From IMG/VR virus record IMGVR_UViG_3300025916_000002: 64,000 bases of DNA, one strand, 5' to 3'. The DNA comes from a virus. Below are positions 29,258 through 39,514 of the stretch, piece by piece. The notes below the pieces were generated by a model. The model made no database searches, was not told where the DNA came from, and was given only the letters and a program-made list of their open reading frames with translations. A program made the position numbers and the translations under genes. Each line of letters starts with the position of its first letter. Positions within the stretch are counted from its first letter, which is position 1.

Positions 29258-30421
29258 ATGCGGATTTTTTATAGTCCCGATCCGGTAGAAACCCCCGCAG
29301 CACCAGCTGAGCCAATGAGCGCAGCGGCAGCGATGGCAACTTCCGGGCGAATCTCGAACAGCAATACGCCGGCTCCCGAGCCGGTAGCAAAACCAGAGCC
29401 AGCAGCAACTCCCTCACCAGAGCCACCGCCTGTACCTGCCGAACCGGCAACCCAGCCAGCAGCTCCTAAAGTGGATACGCCACCAGCTCAACCAAGTCAG
29501 CCCCAGGCGCAAGCCCCAACGCTGACAGAGTTCTTAAAAAGTCACAAGCCCGATACAATTCTAAAGGAATTGGGGTATGACGACAAGGTGATTGGATTTA
29601 TTTCCGACGCGAAAGGGATCGACGACAAGATGTTGTCCTTCCTGAACGATTGGAAATCAGGAGCCGATTTGAAGCCCCGCCTCGAAGCGCTCACCACAGA
29701 TTTCACAAAGATGTCTGCTGAAGATGTGATGAAATATCAGTTACGACAGCAGAACCCGGAATTAAGTGGAACCGATTTTGAGCGATTATTCCAAAGGCGC
29801 GTGCTTGACCGTTACAAGATTGATCCTGCGCTTTACACAGAGCAGGAAGTCGCAGACGGTAAAGTGGATTTGAGCATTGATTCAAAGCCGGTGCGTGAAG
29901 CACTTACGAATTGGCAACAAAGTGTACTCCTGCCAAAAGCACCAGAACCGCAACCCGCCGTGGCCAGTCCACAGGTGGATCAAGCGCAACAGGTTGAAGC
30001 ATTTAGGACGCAGTTGGGATCGGCACCCATAGTGCAAAATCTCCTGCAAACAAAAATATTATCGATAGGCGAAGGTGCCGACGTGTTTAATATGGGCGTC
30101 ACTGAACCTTCCCAGATCATTGATATACTAGCCAGTCCGGAGGCATGGGCAGCCAATTTTTATGACAAAGTTGAATTGCCCAATGGCGAAATCACCCATC
30201 AGCTCAACACCCAAAAGTTATTGCTGACAGGCGCCGTCGCAAAAGACCCGATTGGCTTTATCAATAATCTCGGTAAACACTTCAAAGCCCTTGGCGCAGC
30301 GGGCGTCAATGCCCTTATAGAGAACGCCAGTCCGCCATCCGGGACACCATCCGGGCCAGCCGACCAGCCGAAAACAGCGGCTGAGGCCATGGCAAAACAA
30401 GGTAAGTTTGCGAGACAATAG
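29258..30421 (+). CDS. scaffolding protein candidate (387 aa)
   Basis: P/A/E-rich disordered N-terminus and helical remainder. Directly upstream of the capsid gene. Confidence 0.4.
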   Translation: MRIFYSPDPVETPAAPAEPMSAAAAMATSGRISNSNTPAPEPVAKPEPAATPSPEPPPVPAEPATQPAAPKVDTPPAQPSQPQAQAPTLTEFLKSHKPDTILKELGYDDKVIGFISDAKGIDDKMLSFLNDWKSGADLKPRLEALTTDFTKMSAEDVMKYQLRQQNPELSGTDFERLFQRRVLDRYKIDPALYTEQEVADGKVDLSIDSKPVREALTNWQQSVLLPKAPEPQPAVASPQVDQAQQVEAFRTQLGSAPIVQNLLQTKILSIGEGADVFNMGVTEPSQIIDILASPEAWAANFYDKVELPNGEITHQLNTQKLLLTGAVAKDPIGFINNLGKHFKALGAAGVNALIENASPPSGTPSGPADQPKTAAEAMAKQGKFARQ

Positions 30422-30495
30422 CGTTCCTTTTCTCCCATGGAATTGTACGGGTTAAAAATAGTAACACACTTTTTTAACCATACAATTACAAACCA

Positions 30496-31842
30496 ATGGC
30501 AGTATCTCAGGGTACAATGAACAAGGCGTATGTCAGCGCCATCGACTTCCTCGATCAGAGGGATATAGACCCCAACCTGTACGACCAGTCCCGCGACCGG
30601 GCCTTTACTGACATTATGAAAATGATCGATCGTACGAAGCCTTGTACGATGTACAATTACCACAACTTCGTAAACAATGATGTGTACGAACTGGGCACCA
30701 TCAGCGCCGTGACCACCACCGGCCTCGCGCAAATCCAGTTTACCATCAATGTGGCTGCCGGCTTCCCCCGCGTTGGCGATGTCATTATGACCTCCAATAC
30801 GAACAACATCGGCCACCAAGCCCGTATCCAGGCCATTACGCCCGCCTCCGGCACAGCCCTGCTCACCGTGCGCAGTGTTGCCGGTAACAGCACGCCTTTC
30901 TGGGCTACTGTGGGCGATACCGTCAGCTTTAGCTCCAATGCCTTCGCTGAAGGCTCTGGCGCACCCGCCAACCGTCGGTATGGCGTCACCAAGTACTTCA
31001 ACCTCATCCAAATCTTCAAAGAAGTCGATGATATCACCGATGTTCAGAAGGTGGCCAAGATTGAAGTACAAATCAACGGCGACTACCACATCCTGCCTTA
31101 CCAGTGGATTCAGAAGACCATCAAGCTGAATGGCGATATTTCCGTTCAGATGCTGGCCGGCGAACAGTCTGGTACGCAATTCGGCGATGCCAACCCCTTC
31201 CTGTCGGATACCAATAGCTCGCCCATCCAAACTACCGGCGGCCTTGATTGGTACACTCGTACATATGGCATCAACGACGGCTCTGCTGTCCTGGGAACCT
31301 TTGGCTTCACCGAGCTGGATGACATCATCGACAACTGGATTGCCAACAAAGCCCCCATGGACGAGATGGGCTATATGGGTAGCCGTTCCAAGAGGGTGCT
31401 GGATAAGTTCCTGAAGAACCTCGGGAGCGCCGGCGTTACCAGCGTCCGTATGAACATCGACGGCCGTTCGCTTGACTTCAATGTGGACCACCTGTCCTAC
31501 GGCGGCGCCGAAATGGACTTCATCCATATCCCCATCTTCGATCACCCCCAGCTGTTTAGCGCCAGCATCCGTCCGGATGTAAACGGCTCTATTTACTGGG
31601 TGCCAAAAGACAATATCGAAACTGTGGGCGGCGGCCGCGAGCCTCGTATCCAGATTCGCTACACACCTTCGCCTTTCATGGGCGCCAACGGCTTCAGCAA
31701 CGGCATGATAAAAGAATGGAGGACCGGCGCGCTGGCTGAAGTGCCTACCAACAGCACCGCCACGCTGCATACCGACTGGTATACTGCGCAAGGCCTGGAA
31801 TGCTTAGGGGTAAAACTGTTCCAGAAATATCGCATCATTTAA
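30496..31842 (+). CDS. major capsid protein candidate (448 aa)
   Basis: Follows the order terL-portal-(x)-scaffold-MCP. Size is typical of HK97-fold capsid proteins. A perfect 10-bp hairpin follows it. Confidence 0.6.
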   Translation: MAVSQGTMNKAYVSAIDFLDQRDIDPNLYDQSRDRAFTDIMKMIDRTKPCTMYNYHNFVNNDVYELGTISAVTTTGLAQIQFTINVAAGFPRVGDVIMTSNTNNIGHQARIQAITPASGTALLTVRSVAGNSTPFWATVGDTVSFSSNAFAEGSGAPANRRYGVTKYFNLIQIFKEVDDITDVQKVAKIEVQINGDYHILPYQWIQKTIKLNGDISVQMLAGEQSGTQFGDANPFLSDTNSSPIQTTGGLDWYTRTYGINDGSAVLGTFGFTELDDIIDNWIANKAPMDEMGYMGSRSKRVLDKFLKNLGSAGVTSVRMNIDGRSLDFNVDHLSYGGAEMDFIHIPIFDHPQLFSASIRPDVNGSIYWVPKDNIETVGGGREPRIQIRYTPSPFMGANGFSNGMIKEWRTGALAEVPTNSTATLHTDWYTAQGLECLGVKLFQKYRII

Positions 31843-31850
31843 CTTAAACC

Positions 31851-31878
31851 AACAGCCGGGTGTGTGAACCCGGCTGTT
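31851..31878 (+). terminator. perfect 10-bp stem-loop downstream of the capsid gene (terminator/attenuator)
   Basis: AACAGCCGGG (31851-60), loop tgtgtgaa, CCCGGCTGTT (31869-78), followed by an AT-rich tail. Confidence 0.55.
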
Positions 31879-31893
31879 ATAAATTCAACCAAA

Positions 31894-32778
31894 ATGCTTG
31901 TAAAAGTAGACAAGATCAACGACCTGTCAGACGAACTGCGGGCGTACCTGCAAAAGGAATGGGAGAAACTCCCTGAGCGCATAGTGTATAAATTCAATAT
32001 ACACCATGACAACCCGGACCCGGAAAAATACAATGGCCCTATTTTATGGCCCAGTGTATTTAAGTTACCGCAGGTGCGTTTCAATATGGTAGACCCGTTC
32101 TCGAAGCCGCCGCGCCAGATTCATATCGGCATGGTAAAAGAGGTGGATGATAAAGGTGTTCCGAACAAGTTCGATAAGATAGCGCTGAAGGGCAGCGAGC
32201 GCGGAGTGTTTATATTGCGAAAGAGCAATCTGGATGATCAGGACCGCTTCGCTTATCTGGAATTGCATCCCCGCCATGGTGGTAACAAATGGCGCGACAA
32301 AGAACAGCTGCCGATTTTTCATCGTGTAGACGAGGAGAAAGAAGCTGGCAATAAGAGGGCTACGCGAGCGGTGCGTATCACAGCCATGAGCGTGGCTGAA
32401 TCCTTGAAAGACTATGAAGTGAAGAACTTCGCCGCCGCGCTCAATTGGGACGAAAACGAACCGATGACGCTGCTGCGGGATAAACTGGAACAGTTGGCCG
32501 AGGATGATGCGCAGTTCTTTACGGACTTGTTCAATACCGGAAACCTGGAATATCGCTATACGGTCAAACGTGCGGTGGATAACCAGATTATTGTGTATGT
32601 GCCGACAGAGAGTAAGTTTATCTGGGTGACGAACCAGCAAACAATCGCCACGTTGCCGTTTGAAGAAGCTGCCGGGAAGGATGAGGTGCAAAGAATGGGC
32701 GAATGGATGGCCACTTCCGGTAAGGTCGGCGAGGAGGTGTATAAGAAATTGAAGACGCTGTTGGCGGCGCGCAAGTAG
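31894..32778 (+). CDS. hypothetical head/neck protein (294 aa)
   Basis: The track start at 31864 lies inside the hairpin. The first ATG after the hairpin is at 31894. Confidence 0.5.
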   Translation: MLVKVDKINDLSDELRAYLQKEWEKLPERIVYKFNIHHDNPDPEKYNGPILWPSVFKLPQVRFNMVDPFSKPPRQIHIGMVKEVDDKGVPNKFDKIALKGSERGVFILRKSNLDDQDRFAYLELHPRHGGNKWRDKEQLPIFHRVDEEKEAGNKRATRAVRITAMSVAESLKDYEVKNFAAALNWDENEPMTLLRDKLEQLAEDDAQFFTDLFNTGNLEYRYTVKRAVDNQIIVYVPTESKFIWVTNQQTIATLPFEEAAGKDEVQRMGEWMATSGKVGEEVYKKLKTLLAARK

Positions 32779-32910
32779 CGCACCTCGCGCACTGAACAAT
32801 ATTTTGGTTGACGACTGGGCCTTTTAAGCACGGCGTAAGCGCCAGCCGACCGGCCCATGACCCTCACGGTAGTTTTATGCCACGAGGTTTTTAAAACCAA
32901 ACACATTACA

Positions 32911-34146
32911 ATGAATTTAGGAGCGTATATAAATTTCGTTGCGACACTCGATAAGAGCACCGGCTCGCCAGAGATAAGGATTACCGATACCGGCTCTTAT
33001 CCGGGTGGTGTGCCGCCAACGTTGACGGGTTTTTTCCAGGTGACCCAGCCAGATGGAGTGCTGGTCGCCTCCGGCTCCTTTTCGTCCCCTTCTGTTTTCT
33101 GGAATGGCGGTGCACTCACGGTGACCACAATCGCTCTGCGCCTGCGCGCAGACGGCAATTTTCAGCAAGGAGGATATTTGTTTACCTATAACCTCCGGGC
33201 GCCCGGCTACACAGACACTACGCTCACGAAGACCTTCCAGCTCACCTATAGCCGGCCTAAATTGGTCATCGCGGATGCTTTTAATATATTCACTCCGCTT
33301 TTGGAAGTGAGCGATACGACACTTTATGTACAGCCGGGGATGAGCTTCATTTCCGGAACCCGTGCATGGTCGGCGCTTATCCATTCAGTAAACGGTACGG
33401 ACCAGACCGTCACTGGCGCCCTGGCGGATTTCAATCTCGCTTATCTTGGCGACTATTATGATGCCAGTTTCGCCATTGATTTGACCGTCACACCGTCGTA
33501 CATACTGGATACGCCTGATGATTGGATGACTTTGATTGACAAGATAGTGGCCACAACGCTCACATTGCAATCGCAGGTACCGCAGACCATTGCACAGCTG
33601 GATACGAGCTTGCAGGCACTCAAAGACAAAGCTGATGCCGCCGCCGGCTGCACGACCTGCAAGGACAGGGATAACTATTCCTACGCCAGCGCGTTGTACA
33701 GTGACTTCCGGCGCCGGGGCTGCGATGCGGCTTTTGGGGGCCTGACAAAAACTTACTTCCAGCTGATAAAGCTGCTCAATAACGGCGTAAACCCAAGTTA
33801 TACGCACACCAACGCGCCACTGACAGCCTATGATTTCCATTGTGGTGATTTCACTACGACCGTGCCGTGGTCGGCCATTACTGGCAAACCCTCAACCGTG
33901 TTGATTGAGTGGACTGTAGGCGCCATCGGGTTCCCGGGAAATGGAGCAACGCAGTTGATTGACAGTAGGCTTACCAATGTGCCACCGGAGCTCGTGCGTG
34001 TGTGGCGGAATCCGCCACCGCAATTCATGGCGGATCAAGGCGATGGCGATACTTACATCACCAAGAACACCGCCGATAACTTCCTTACTTTCCACCCGGC
34101 GATCAACACGGGAGAAAAGGTCGTCGTTGTAATCCTCGCATTATGA
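32911..34146 (+). CDS. hypothetical tail/fibre-associated protein (411 aa)
   Basis: ATG at 32911 is preferred over the track start at 32857. Its stop overlaps the fibre gene start (ATGA). Confidence 0.5.
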   Translation: MNLGAYINFVATLDKSTGSPEIRITDTGSYPGGVPPTLTGFFQVTQPDGVLVASGSFSSPSVFWNGGALTVTTIALRLRADGNFQQGGYLFTYNLRAPGYTDTTLTKTFQLTYSRPKLVIADAFNIFTPLLEVSDTTLYVQPGMSFISGTRAWSALIHSVNGTDQTVTGALADFNLAYLGDYYDASFAIDLTVTPSYILDTPDDWMTLIDKIVATTLTLQSQVPQTIAQLDTSLQALKDKADAAAGCTTCKDRDNYSYASALYSDFRRRGCDAAFGGLTKTYFQLIKLLNNGVNPSYTHTNAPLTAYDFHCGDFTTTVPWSAITGKPSTVLIEWTVGAIGFPGNGATQLIDSRLTNVPPELVRVWRNPPPQFMADQGDGDTYITKNTADNFLTFHPAINTGEKVVVVILAL

Positions 34147-37100
34147 ACAAACTCATAACCATACTGCTCTTGCTTGTCGCAGGGGCTACGTTTGCACAAC
34201 AAAAGACACCACAAACAGTTAGCGCGCTGAACACGCAAGGGGTCGCTAAGGACCAGTTCAAAGTGGACAGTTTTCTTTACCTGCCGCTCACGGACACCAT
34301 CCGAAATCCTGGTCGGGCGGCCGTCGTTATCGTTAAAGCATCCGACCTCAACCCATATCTCTATAATGGTACAAAATGGGTGAGTTTTGGAAGCGCCGCC
34401 GATTTGGCATTGAAACTCAATATAAGCGATACGGCATCGATGCTCAGTCACTACCTGCGGTCTATTGACACGACCGGCAAATGGGTAACGGCTATCCTGC
34501 GCCGCACCGGCACTGACAGCGTTTTCTACGTCAAAGGTGGCGCGCAGGTGTTTGCCTACCGGGACAGCTCTGGCGGCAGTGGTAGTTCGCAGACGTTACA
34601 GCAAGTCCTCACGACGGGCAACCGGATAACTACTTCCCCGCAGCTTATAAAAGGCACCGGGCCGACTGTGTTGCAATGGGACTCCCTTACCAATGTCAAC
34701 TGGCGGTATAAAGGCTTTTATCGCTTCCAGGCAGATGGAGGTCAGGCGACGCTTGCCATGACGCAAACCGCCGCGACGATTACCGCTGCTGATGGTTTTA
34801 TTGTGTCCACCCCTTCGGCCGGTTTCTTTGTATTGCCGCCAAGTTTGTTCTCCAGGCCGGTGACGATAGCGGATACGTTGAAGCTGACGGGAACGCAGAC
34901 GAAAACGGATTCGGCAAACAATAAACCCATAGCCTATGATGCCGCCGGTAATATTGTTAAGCTTGACCATTGGCCGACTGGCGCCGGCACAGGCAATTCC
35001 GATTCCCTGAAACACTTATTCGTAGACACCTCTACCAACCGAAACAACTATGTTCTCACTTTTGATTCAGTCAACCATAAATGGATTTTAACAGCGCCGG
35101 GTTCCGGCGGAGGCGGAAGCGGCACAGTTACGCAGGTAAATAGCGGCTATGGTATTTCCGGCGGTCCAATTACGACAACAGGAACGTTATTGGTAGACAG
35201 CGCAACGCTCTCAGCTTATTACTTACGTCGCAAAGATAGTACGCTATACGCCACAGTCACAGCCTTGGCTACAAAGCAACCGGTAGGCAATTATATTACG
35301 GCTCTTACGGGGGACGTTACAGCGACAGGCCCGGGAAGTGTAGCAGCTACATTGGCGAATACCGCTGTGACACCGGGAAGTTATACGAATGTAAATTTAA
35401 CCGTTGATAGCAAGGGCCGCATTACTGCTGCCAGTAACGGTAGCGGCGGTGGCGGAACCCCATCGCTCACACAAGGCAGAATATTTGTCGGGGGAACTGG
35501 AAACGTCGCCATACCTTCCAGTACTTCCCTTACTTGGGATAGCATTAATAGGGTTCATTACTCCGATACGTCTTCTACTTTAAAATTACGTGTTAACACA
35601 TTGAGTTCATCCCCCGGACGCCTTTACGCCTTCACTAACTCTATTGGTGCAGGCGTTGCTACGGATTCCATTCACGCATTCCCCACACTCGCCGCTTTAC
35701 AGATGGGAATGATACCAGTGGTAAATGGCGTATCAGGGTCAACATTGGAGAAACGCACACCACTCGATCCATTTGGTGCGACTAACATGGTTGACCGTAT
35801 TCCATTGATACCCGTCAAAGGAGGGCCGAATGACCGGATAGTTTTTGAATTGGGCATTAATGACCTTCGTTATAATGGAGGTACATACACGCGCGGGAAC
35901 TTTGGCATAGACTTTCAAACCATTTTGGACAGTTGTTTTGTGCGTGGTTGGTCGGCGTCGGATATTACTATTATGGCCCCTCCATATGTATCTCCTACCT
36001 CTTATACTTCGTTACTGGGTAATCCTGCTGCAACACAAGCAATCCACCTTGCATGGGTAGCAACCTCCGATAGCATTGCCATTGCCAATGGCTGCCGTTG
36101 GTTTGATGCTTACCATTACATGCAAAATAACGGGGCTAACTACCTTGAATCAACTGATTCTATTCACCCGAATATCATTGGCCAAAGAGCACTTGCAACT
36201 GGCCTCGTGGCTACAATGCGTGCCGCCGTTCCATTGGATACAAACAAAGCAAACATTAACGGCATACTGGAAGTAGGAAGATTGATATTGCGTGGAGCTG
36301 ATACGTTGCCAGTTGGTACGGGTTACTTCACTCCACTGGTTTGGGCCGGGAATGGTAGCGTAGTCGCCGCGCCAAGCACGTTCATTTACCAGAACCCGAA
36401 TAATTTACCGCAATTCGGCAACATAAATATTACAGGACGGGGATTGTTTGGGAACGTTGATAGTACGAACGCCTATCCACAAAAACTTATTGTAAATGGA
36501 GGCTTGAATGCTGATTTTTTCGTGGTAAATGGTGGGGTGCCATCACCTATCTCCAATCTTCGTCACGATTGGGGGCTGGAAGGATTTGGTAATAATACTT
36601 CTGGTTTTTTCTTTCAGGTTGGACAGCGGTTGAGCAGTTTTACGCCTGGATTTCTTTCTCTACAAAATTCAGGGGGCCCTGTTTATATGGCCAGTCCGGG
36701 GGCTGTATCCGGGAATAACAGCGAAATTGTACAAACCCTAGGCAGCAATTACGCTTCTGCCGATTTCCGCTCCGGTAACAATGTTCTGGTAGGCCATGCC
36801 ATAGCCAGCGGCATCGCCCAAGCGTCCCCTGCTACGACAATGGATATTGCGGGGTACACAGGAACGAGTACAGGTCGCCTTCAGGTATATGTTGATGCCA
36901 CGTTCTTTCCTTCCACAGATGCCGTAGCCATGATAAAGGGAAACGCAGGTAATTATTCAGGATGGTCCTTATCCGAAAATGGCATTGCAGACAGGTGGTC
37001 GATGTTCATTAAACCCGCAGACGCAAACCTGTATTTAGGTACGGGGAGTTCCGCACCCAGTTTAACAACAGTGAGAGCAACATTAACCCCACAGGGTGCT

Positions 37101-38303
37101 TTATTACTCAACGATTCTATTTCATGGAGACACGCAAGGACGGGAACGACGGCAGATTCGGTAGTGGTTCACGATGCCAGCACGGGAGCAGCGAAGCTGG
37201 TGGCCCAGAGTTCCATCGCAACGACTATACCGCCCAATCTTGGTTCCGCTTATCGGGTTTACGCACCACAGACGCCGGGATTTAAAACATTGTCACCGGG
37301 TTATGGGATGTTGATAGATAGTGCTACGACCGGACAATTGGGAATTAAATTGGATAGTTCAACTGTGTATACTTACGTAAGATCGTTGGTAGGTGGGAAT
37401 GATACCTTGAAACTAGCCTTTGCGGGTACAGGAGAAAGACCGTTTTGGGCCAGCGCTGATACTTTGAATGGGAAAACAATAAAAGGGCTCGGTAGCGTAT
37501 CAGTTACAAGCGGTACAGACAGCACGATAAACATACAATTAACGGGATTCACAACCGGCCGCATACCTTTCTCTTCGTCGTCTTCTGTATTAACCGACAA
37601 TGCAAATCTTAAATGGGACGCAACAAATAATACACTTGTTATTGGTGGTGGCGGCGGCTCTTTGACACAAAACATAAACGCTACGGGCAATTCAGTAAGT
37701 GGCAATTGGGGAAATACGGTTGGACAAAGAAACACATTTTCAGGAGGAACGTTTACGGACAACACAACGGCTGGAAGTGGCTCTAAAACTTATTGGGCGG
37801 CCGATTATTTTGCTCCTCCCACTTTTGCAGCCACTAACTCAAGTGTCACATACAATAATTTATCAACCATAGTAGCCGCAGCACCGACTGCCGGAACCAA
37901 CATTACAGCAACACACCGGTTCGCAATAAGAACTGCCGATAATAGCACTGGTTCCGGGAGTATTTATGTAGAGGGAAGTACTTTTATGGGCGGCAGCGTT
38001 CATCAGGCTATTAAAACCATAACCAGTAACTATACGGCCACCACTTCGGACTATCAATTATTGGTAGACGCAACGAGCGGGAATGTCACCATTACACTCC
38101 CGGCGGTTTCCAGCGTATACGATGGCACGCTTGGAACTGGGATAGTTTATTCAATAAAAAGGATGGACGCCAGTGGTAATACGGTAACTGTGAGCCGTGC
38201 GGGTTCCGATACTATCGATGGCGCAACATCTTTTACGCTTACAACTCAATATCAATCAAAAAGCATACAGGCGGGTCCCTCAAGCGCTTGGTATGTCTAC
38301 TAA
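34143..38303 (+). CDS. tail fibre protein with internal SGNH/GDSL-type hydrolase domain (1386 aa)
   Basis: Fibre-type repeats (TPGSYTNVNLTVDSKGRITAASNGSGGGG) are present. SGNH blocks are FTNSIGAG (~35630), GINDL (~35855) and DSIHPN (~36156). The N-terminus resembles a signal peptide. Confidence 0.7.
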   Translation: MNKLITILLLLVAGATFAQQKTPQTVSALNTQGVAKDQFKVDSFLYLPLTDTIRNPGRAAVVIVKASDLNPYLYNGTKWVSFGSAADLALKLNISDTASMLSHYLRSIDTTGKWVTAILRRTGTDSVFYVKGGAQVFAYRDSSGGSGSSQTLQQVLTTGNRITTSPQLIKGTGPTVLQWDSLTNVNWRYKGFYRFQADGGQATLAMTQTAATITAADGFIVSTPSAGFFVLPPSLFSRPVTIADTLKLTGTQTKTDSANNKPIAYDAAGNIVKLDHWPTGAGTGNSDSLKHLFVDTSTNRNNYVLTFDSVNHKWILTAPGSGGGGSGTVTQVNSGYGISGGPITTTGTLLVDSATLSAYYLRRKDSTLYATVTALATKQPVGNYITALTGDVTATGPGSVAATLANTAVTPGSYTNVNLTVDSKGRITAASNGSGGGGTPSLTQGRIFVGGTGNVAIPSSTSLTWDSINRVHYSDTSSTLKLRVNTLSSSPGRLYAFTNSIGAGVATDSIHAFPTLAALQMGMIPVVNGVSGSTLEKRTPLDPFGATNMVDRIPLIPVKGGPNDRIVFELGINDLRYNGGTYTRGNFGIDFQTILDSCFVRGWSASDITIMAPPYVSPTSYTSLLGNPAATQAIHLAWVATSDSIAIANGCRWFDAYHYMQNNGANYLESTDSIHPNIIGQRALATGLVATMRAAVPLDTNKANINGILEVGRLILRGADTLPVGTGYFTPLVWAGNGSVVAAPSTFIYQNPNNLPQFGNINITGRGLFGNVDSTNAYPQKLIVNGGLNADFFVVNGGVPSPISNLRHDWGLEGFGNNTSGFFFQVGQRLSSFTPGFLSLQNSGGPVYMASPGAVSGNNSEIVQTLGSNYASADFRSGNNVLVGHAIASGIAQASPATTMDIAGYTGTSTGRLQVYVDATFFPSTDAVAMIKGNAGNYSGWSLSENGIADRWSMFIKPADANLYLGTGSSAPSLTTVRATLTPQGALLLNDSISWRHARTGTTADSVVVHDASTGAAKLVAQSSIATTIPPNLGSAYRVYAPQTPGFKTLSPGYGMLIDSATTGQLGIKLDSSTVYTYVRSLVGGNDTLKLAFAGTGERPFWASADTLNGKTIKGLGSVSVTSGTDSTINIQLTGFTTGRIPFSSSSSVLTDNANLKWDATNNTLVIGGGGGSLTQNINATGNSVSGNWGNTVGQRNTFSGGTFTDNTTAGSGSKTYWAADYFAPPTFAATNSSVTYNNLSTIVAAAPTAGTNITATHRFAIRTADNSTGSGSIYVEGSTFMGGSVHQAIKTITSNYTATTSDYQLLVDATSGNVTITLPAVSSVYDGTLGTGIVYSIKRMDASGNTVTVSRAGSDTIDGATSFTLTTQYQSKSIQAGPSSAWYVY

Positions 38304-38312
38304 ATCTAAACC

Positions 38313-38669
38313 ATGAAAAAAGGATTAATCAGCGGGCTTTTAGTAATAGCGGCAATCGCTATTGTTATTATAGTTATTGCGAATAGCAGTCCAACGACTT
38401 ATACACCGATGTTGAGCGCAACGGCAACATTAAACTTTCCCAGTACGGCTGCCAGTACATCCAGCGATTTGACTATTACGGTTACCGGCGCGGCAGACGG
38501 TGACGCGGTTTTAATTGGGGTTCCCAATGGGTCTATAGTGGCTAATTCGGTATTTACAGCTTGGGTGTCCGCATCTAATACTGTTAAAATAAGATTTTCA
38601 AATCTGGATATTCTTAATGCTGGCGATCCCGCGTCCGGAACTTTTCGCGCAGTCGTCGTCAAACAATAA
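38313..38669 (+). CDS. small membrane-anchored protein (118 aa)
   Basis: N-terminal TM segment LLVIAAIAIVIIVIA. Lies between the fibre genes. Confidence 0.5.
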   Translation: MKKGLISGLLVIAAIAIVIIVIANSSPTTYTPMLSATATLNFPSTAASTSSDLTITVTGAADGDAVLIGVPNGSIVANSVFTAWVSASNTVKIRFSNLDILNAGDPASGTFRAVVVKQ

Positions 38670-38680
38670 ACCTATATACT

Positions 38681-39442
38681 ATGGCACTTCATAATGATTT
38701 AAACGCAGAAGTAAAGAACGACCTTGTAAACTTCGCCTCCGCTATAAACGGGCAAGCGTATATATGCTTGGGAGATACAGCGGTGGGAGATTCCTATGTT
38801 AGAATATACTATTATGATTCGGCTTCCACGGCAACGGCGGATGGCGAAGCAGTATTGTCCGCTACGGGGATGGGTGGGACGGGAAGGTTTTTGCAACAGT
38901 ATTCTAATTACAATACACTTGTTAATCTTCCTACAATACCTGCTGCCATCCCTTCCGGCGCTATGCTTATGTGGGGAACCGCTTCAGCGCCATCAGGATG
39001 GCTATTATGTGACGGCACGGCCGTGTCTCGTACCGGTGGTAATGCAACATTGTTTGGAGTTATAGGGACTACTTTTGGAGCCGGAGATGGCTCTACAACT
39101 TTCAATCTACCTGACTACCGCCAAAGATTTCCATTGGGTAAAGCGGCCAGCGGTACGGGCAGCACATTGGCGGGGACAGGGGGCCTAATTGATCATGCGC
39201 ATTCGGTTGACCCCGCAAGCACGGCAACTAGCAGCGACGGCTCTCACAATCACGGTGGCGCAACGGGCACTCCAAGTTCAACAGTGGCCGCTACCAACTT
39301 AACTGGATCGGCTGCGAGCACGAATCACACGCATAGCATTTCAACTGATGGTGCGCACACGCACACGGTGGATATAGCTGCTTTTAATAGTGGGACGGCT
39401 AACCCTCCATTTTTAGCAATTAATTATATCATCAAATTATGA
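38681..39442 (+). CDS. phage tail-collar domain fibre protein (253 aa)
   Basis: Matches the tail-collar pattern: PSGWLLCDGTAVSR..ATLFGVIGTTFGAGDGSTTFNLPDYRQRFPLG. C-terminal HxH repeats follow. Confidence 0.8.
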   Translation: MALHNDLNAEVKNDLVNFASAINGQAYICLGDTAVGDSYVRIYYYDSASTATADGEAVLSATGMGGTGRFLQQYSNYNTLVNLPTIPAAIPSGAMLMWGTASAPSGWLLCDGTAVSRTGGNATLFGVIGTTFGAGDGSTTFNLPDYRQRFPLGKAASGTGSTLAGTGGLIDHAHSVDPASTATSSDGSHNHGGATGTPSSTVAATNLTGSAASTNHTHSISTDGAHTHTVDIAAFNSGTANPPFLAINYIIKL

Positions 39443-39446
39443 AAAA

Positions 39447-39472
39447 CGGGCGTCACTCCCCAGCAACGCCCG
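39447..39472. terminator. 7-bp GC-rich hairpin after the tail-collar gene (weak terminator or RNA-stability element)
   Basis: CGGGCGT (39447-53) pairs with ACGCCCG (39466-72). There is no clear T-run on the plus strand. Confidence 0.3.
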
Positions 39473-39514
39473 ACAAATATTGACCAATAGCGTTTCCACT
39501 ATCAATGTAAATAT

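Noticed and set aside
30199-31791. 530-aa ORF antisense to the scaffold 3' end and almost the whole capsid gene
   Set aside because: The translation is Gly/Ala/Arg/His/Val-rich low-complexity sequence, typical of a shadow frame opposite a codon-biased gene. The sense-strand gene fits the terL-portal-scaffold-capsid order and has its own terminator. No promoter or partner genes lie on the minus strand here.
34143-39442. Diversity-generating retroelement targeting the fibre genes
   Set aside because: No reverse transcriptase ORF occurs anywhere in the window. I did not see a template/variable repeat pair near the fibre C-termini.
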